Part shown: in pieces, positions 27,756 through 29,226 of the stretch
How positions within the stretch are numbered: position 1 is the stretch's first letter
Layout: the number at the start of each line of letters is the position of its first letter
NCBI GenBank assembly: GCA_030592825.1
Contig: JAUVIG010000001.1
Coordinates: 1 to 29,226 of the forward strand
Direction: 5' to 3'
DNA from: Chlorobiota bacterium
GTDB lineage: Bacteria; Bacteroidota; Bacteroidia; Bacteroidales; JAADGE01
Length of the DNA: 29,226 nt
Translations under genes and position numbers: made by a program
The notes under the pieces: model-generated
What the model was told of the DNA's origin: nothing
Seen by the model: the letters and a program-made list of their open reading frames with translations, nothing else
The model's database searches: none

Positions 27756-28334
27756 TTATTTTTCGTAGAAGTGCATTTCTCGCAGATATTTCCATGCTCG
27801 TTCCGGCATGAAAAATTTTATATTTTTTTTCTCTTTAACCGCATTGCGAATAAATGTGGAAGAAATTTCCATTAAAGGAGCATTAACAAGAGTAATATTT
27901 CCAACTTCCTTAAATTTTGAATCATCAAAACCCGGGCGAGGATACACATAAAGCTTATGATTTTCAATGATTTGATTTGAATTTTTCCATTTATGAAAGC
28001 TTTTCAAATTATCACTTCCCATTATGAGTGAAAATTCTTTTTTAGGATATCTTTCTTTTAAATATGTTAAAGTATCAATGGTGTAAGAGGGTTTTGGCAT
28101 CTTAAATTCAATATCACAAGCATAATATTTTGTTGAATCACCAACAGCTTCTTCAACCAAAGCCAATCGGTGATAATCTTCTAATAAGTTTGCTCTCTTT
28201 TTAAACGGATTTTGCGGACTTACAACAAAAAAAATCTGTTCCAAATCAGTATATTCCAAGATATAATTTGCAATAATCATATGCCCGTTATGCACGGGAT
28301 TAAATGAACCGAAAAATAAACCTGTTTTATTCAT
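27756..28334 (-). CDS. nadD: Nicotinate-nucleotide adenylyltransferase
   Basis: FFGSFNPVHNGH, VSPQNPFK, PSYTIDTL, IMGSDN, YPRPG, ISST. Confidence 0.96.
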   Translation of the reverse strand: MNKTGLFFGSFNPVHNGHMIIANYILEYTDLEQIFFVVSPQNPFKKRANLLEDYHRLALVEEAVGDSTKYYACDIEFKMPKPSYTIDTLTYLKERYPKKEFSLIMGSDNLKSFHKWKNSNQIIENHKLYVYPRPGFDDSKFKEVGNITLVNAPLMEISSTFIRNAVKEKKNIKFFMPERAWKYLREMHFYEK

Positions 28335-28443
28335 TTTAAATTTTTAAATCTGTTTGGGGTCGTGAACTAAAATGTCTTGTATTATATTATTTTCTGCCAT
28401 TTTACAATTTTTATATCTTAACTAATTTTGATTTTTCTGGTTA

Positions 28444-28905
28444 TTACCAAATTAATTCCTGTAATTTTAATAATAATCTAAACAATAATGTAAAAACTAT
28501 ACTAATAAAGATGGATACGAGAAATATTTTCAAAATTTTTCTTTTATCAAACCTTGTTAAATTTTTTGCAAAATCCCATCCGCATACTCCACATGTTCTA
28601 TGTTCAAAATATATTGGCGTATATTTATATAATCCTACATTTTCCTGCAAATCTGATTCTTCTCTACTTGATATAATCTTTTCTGATGTGCATCTTGGAC
28701 AAACATTTAATTTATGGTTATTTATCCTAACTTTTAATTTTCTATTAATCAAAAAATTAATGTCTTTCGAATTTAAATTTCTTGAATTAATTTCATCTTC
28801 AATCTTCTTATAAGTAGCATCCAGAAAATTACTCTTTTGGTACTTAAAAAGAAATGCTAATTCAAAATCTTCATATTCCTTTAATTTATCTGTTAAATCT
28901 GACAT
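28444..28905 (-). CDS. Hypothetical protein with a CxxC...CxxC zinc ribbon and C-terminal TM helix
   Basis: CPRC...CGVC, then a hydrophobic tail; AT-rich but open for 153 codons. Confidence 0.6.
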   Translation of the reverse strand: MSDLTDKLKEYEDFELAFLFKYQKSNFLDATYKKIEDEINSRNLNSKDINFLINRKLKVRINNHKLNVCPRCTSEKIISSREESDLQENVGLYKYTPIYFEHRTCGVCGWDFAKNLTRFDKRKILKIFLVSIFISIVFTLLFRLLLKLQELIW

Positions 28906-28995
28906 AATAACATGAATTGCAGTACAACTCCAGTATATAAAAGCATTTTAATTTGAATAATACAAAAAATTATCATATATTTGTATTATATTATT

Positions 28996-29030
28996 CCCGA
29001 TAGCCCCTGATTTTCAATCAAGCTATCGGG
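28996..29030 (-). terminator. Hairpin terminator after the FAH-family gene
   Basis: CCCGATAGC...GCTATCGGG 9-bp stem, 9 bp past the stop. Confidence 0.6.
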
Positions 29031-29039
29031 TTTCTGTTT

Positions 29040-29226
29040 TTACTTAATTTCAAAATCAAACATTAAACGTTCTTCCATATAACCCTTCAAATTATCACCA
29101 ATTTTAATCTCTCCTACTCCGGCAGGTGTTCCCGTAAAAATTATATCCCCAATTTTAAGAGTGAAGAATTTTGAAAGATAACTAATCAATTTATCAAAAG
29201 AAAAAATCATATCTTTTGTATTTCCT
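29040..29226 (-). CDS. Fumarylacetoacetate hydrolase-family protein (3' end only)
   Basis: My translation: [38 protein letters not shown]...FEIK*; not in the ORF track. Confidence 0.92.
   Translation of the reverse strand, partial: GNTKDMIFSFDKLISYLSKFFTLKIGDIIFTGTPAGVGEIKIGDNLKGYMEERLMFDFEIK

Noticed and set aside
2666-28813. Remaining short antisense or alternate-frame track ORFs (e.g. 2666, 4758, 6054, 8380, 10085, 14154, 15524, 18064, 22346, 24216, 28511)
   Set aside because: All overlap well-supported genes and show no recognisable motifs.
1-29226. tRNA, rRNA, transposase or phage genes
   Set aside because: None were recognised; intergenic gaps are short and lack the conserved motifs.

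Overview
AT-rich bacterial DNA, almost certainly Bacteroidota (gldF/gldG, TAnnTTTG promoter boxes, C-K-K-D-E lipoprotein signals, BlaI/M56-TonB pair). The backbone holds a large beta-strand-rich surface protein running off the left edge (absent from the ORF track), gldG-gldF, a membrane LytTR regulator, a 606-aa NMO/FabK-like flavoprotein candidate, an acyl-CoA dehydrogenase, blaI + M56/TonB, dnaN, an N-terminally extended RNase H, divergent pabA/pabB, nadD, a small Zn-ribbon membrane protein and the 3' end of an FAH-family gene. The main signal is a 12.6-kb block (11145-23770) bracketed by two copies of the last 117 bp of dnaN. The copies are 112/117 identical and all five differences fall at third codon positions. 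No integrase is visible in the block. It carries a probably exported TPR-CHAT protease, an ECF sigma factor with an apparently duplicated sigma2 domain, a zinc-binding transmembrane anti-sigma, and a run of lipoprotein and outer-membrane genes. The same TTTGTAAC-N16-ACAT motif precedes both the sigma operon and the lipoprotein run, which suggests a self-contained protease/ECF signalling module that arrived at the dnaN 3' end. All protein calls come from motif recognition by eye; no database searches were run.
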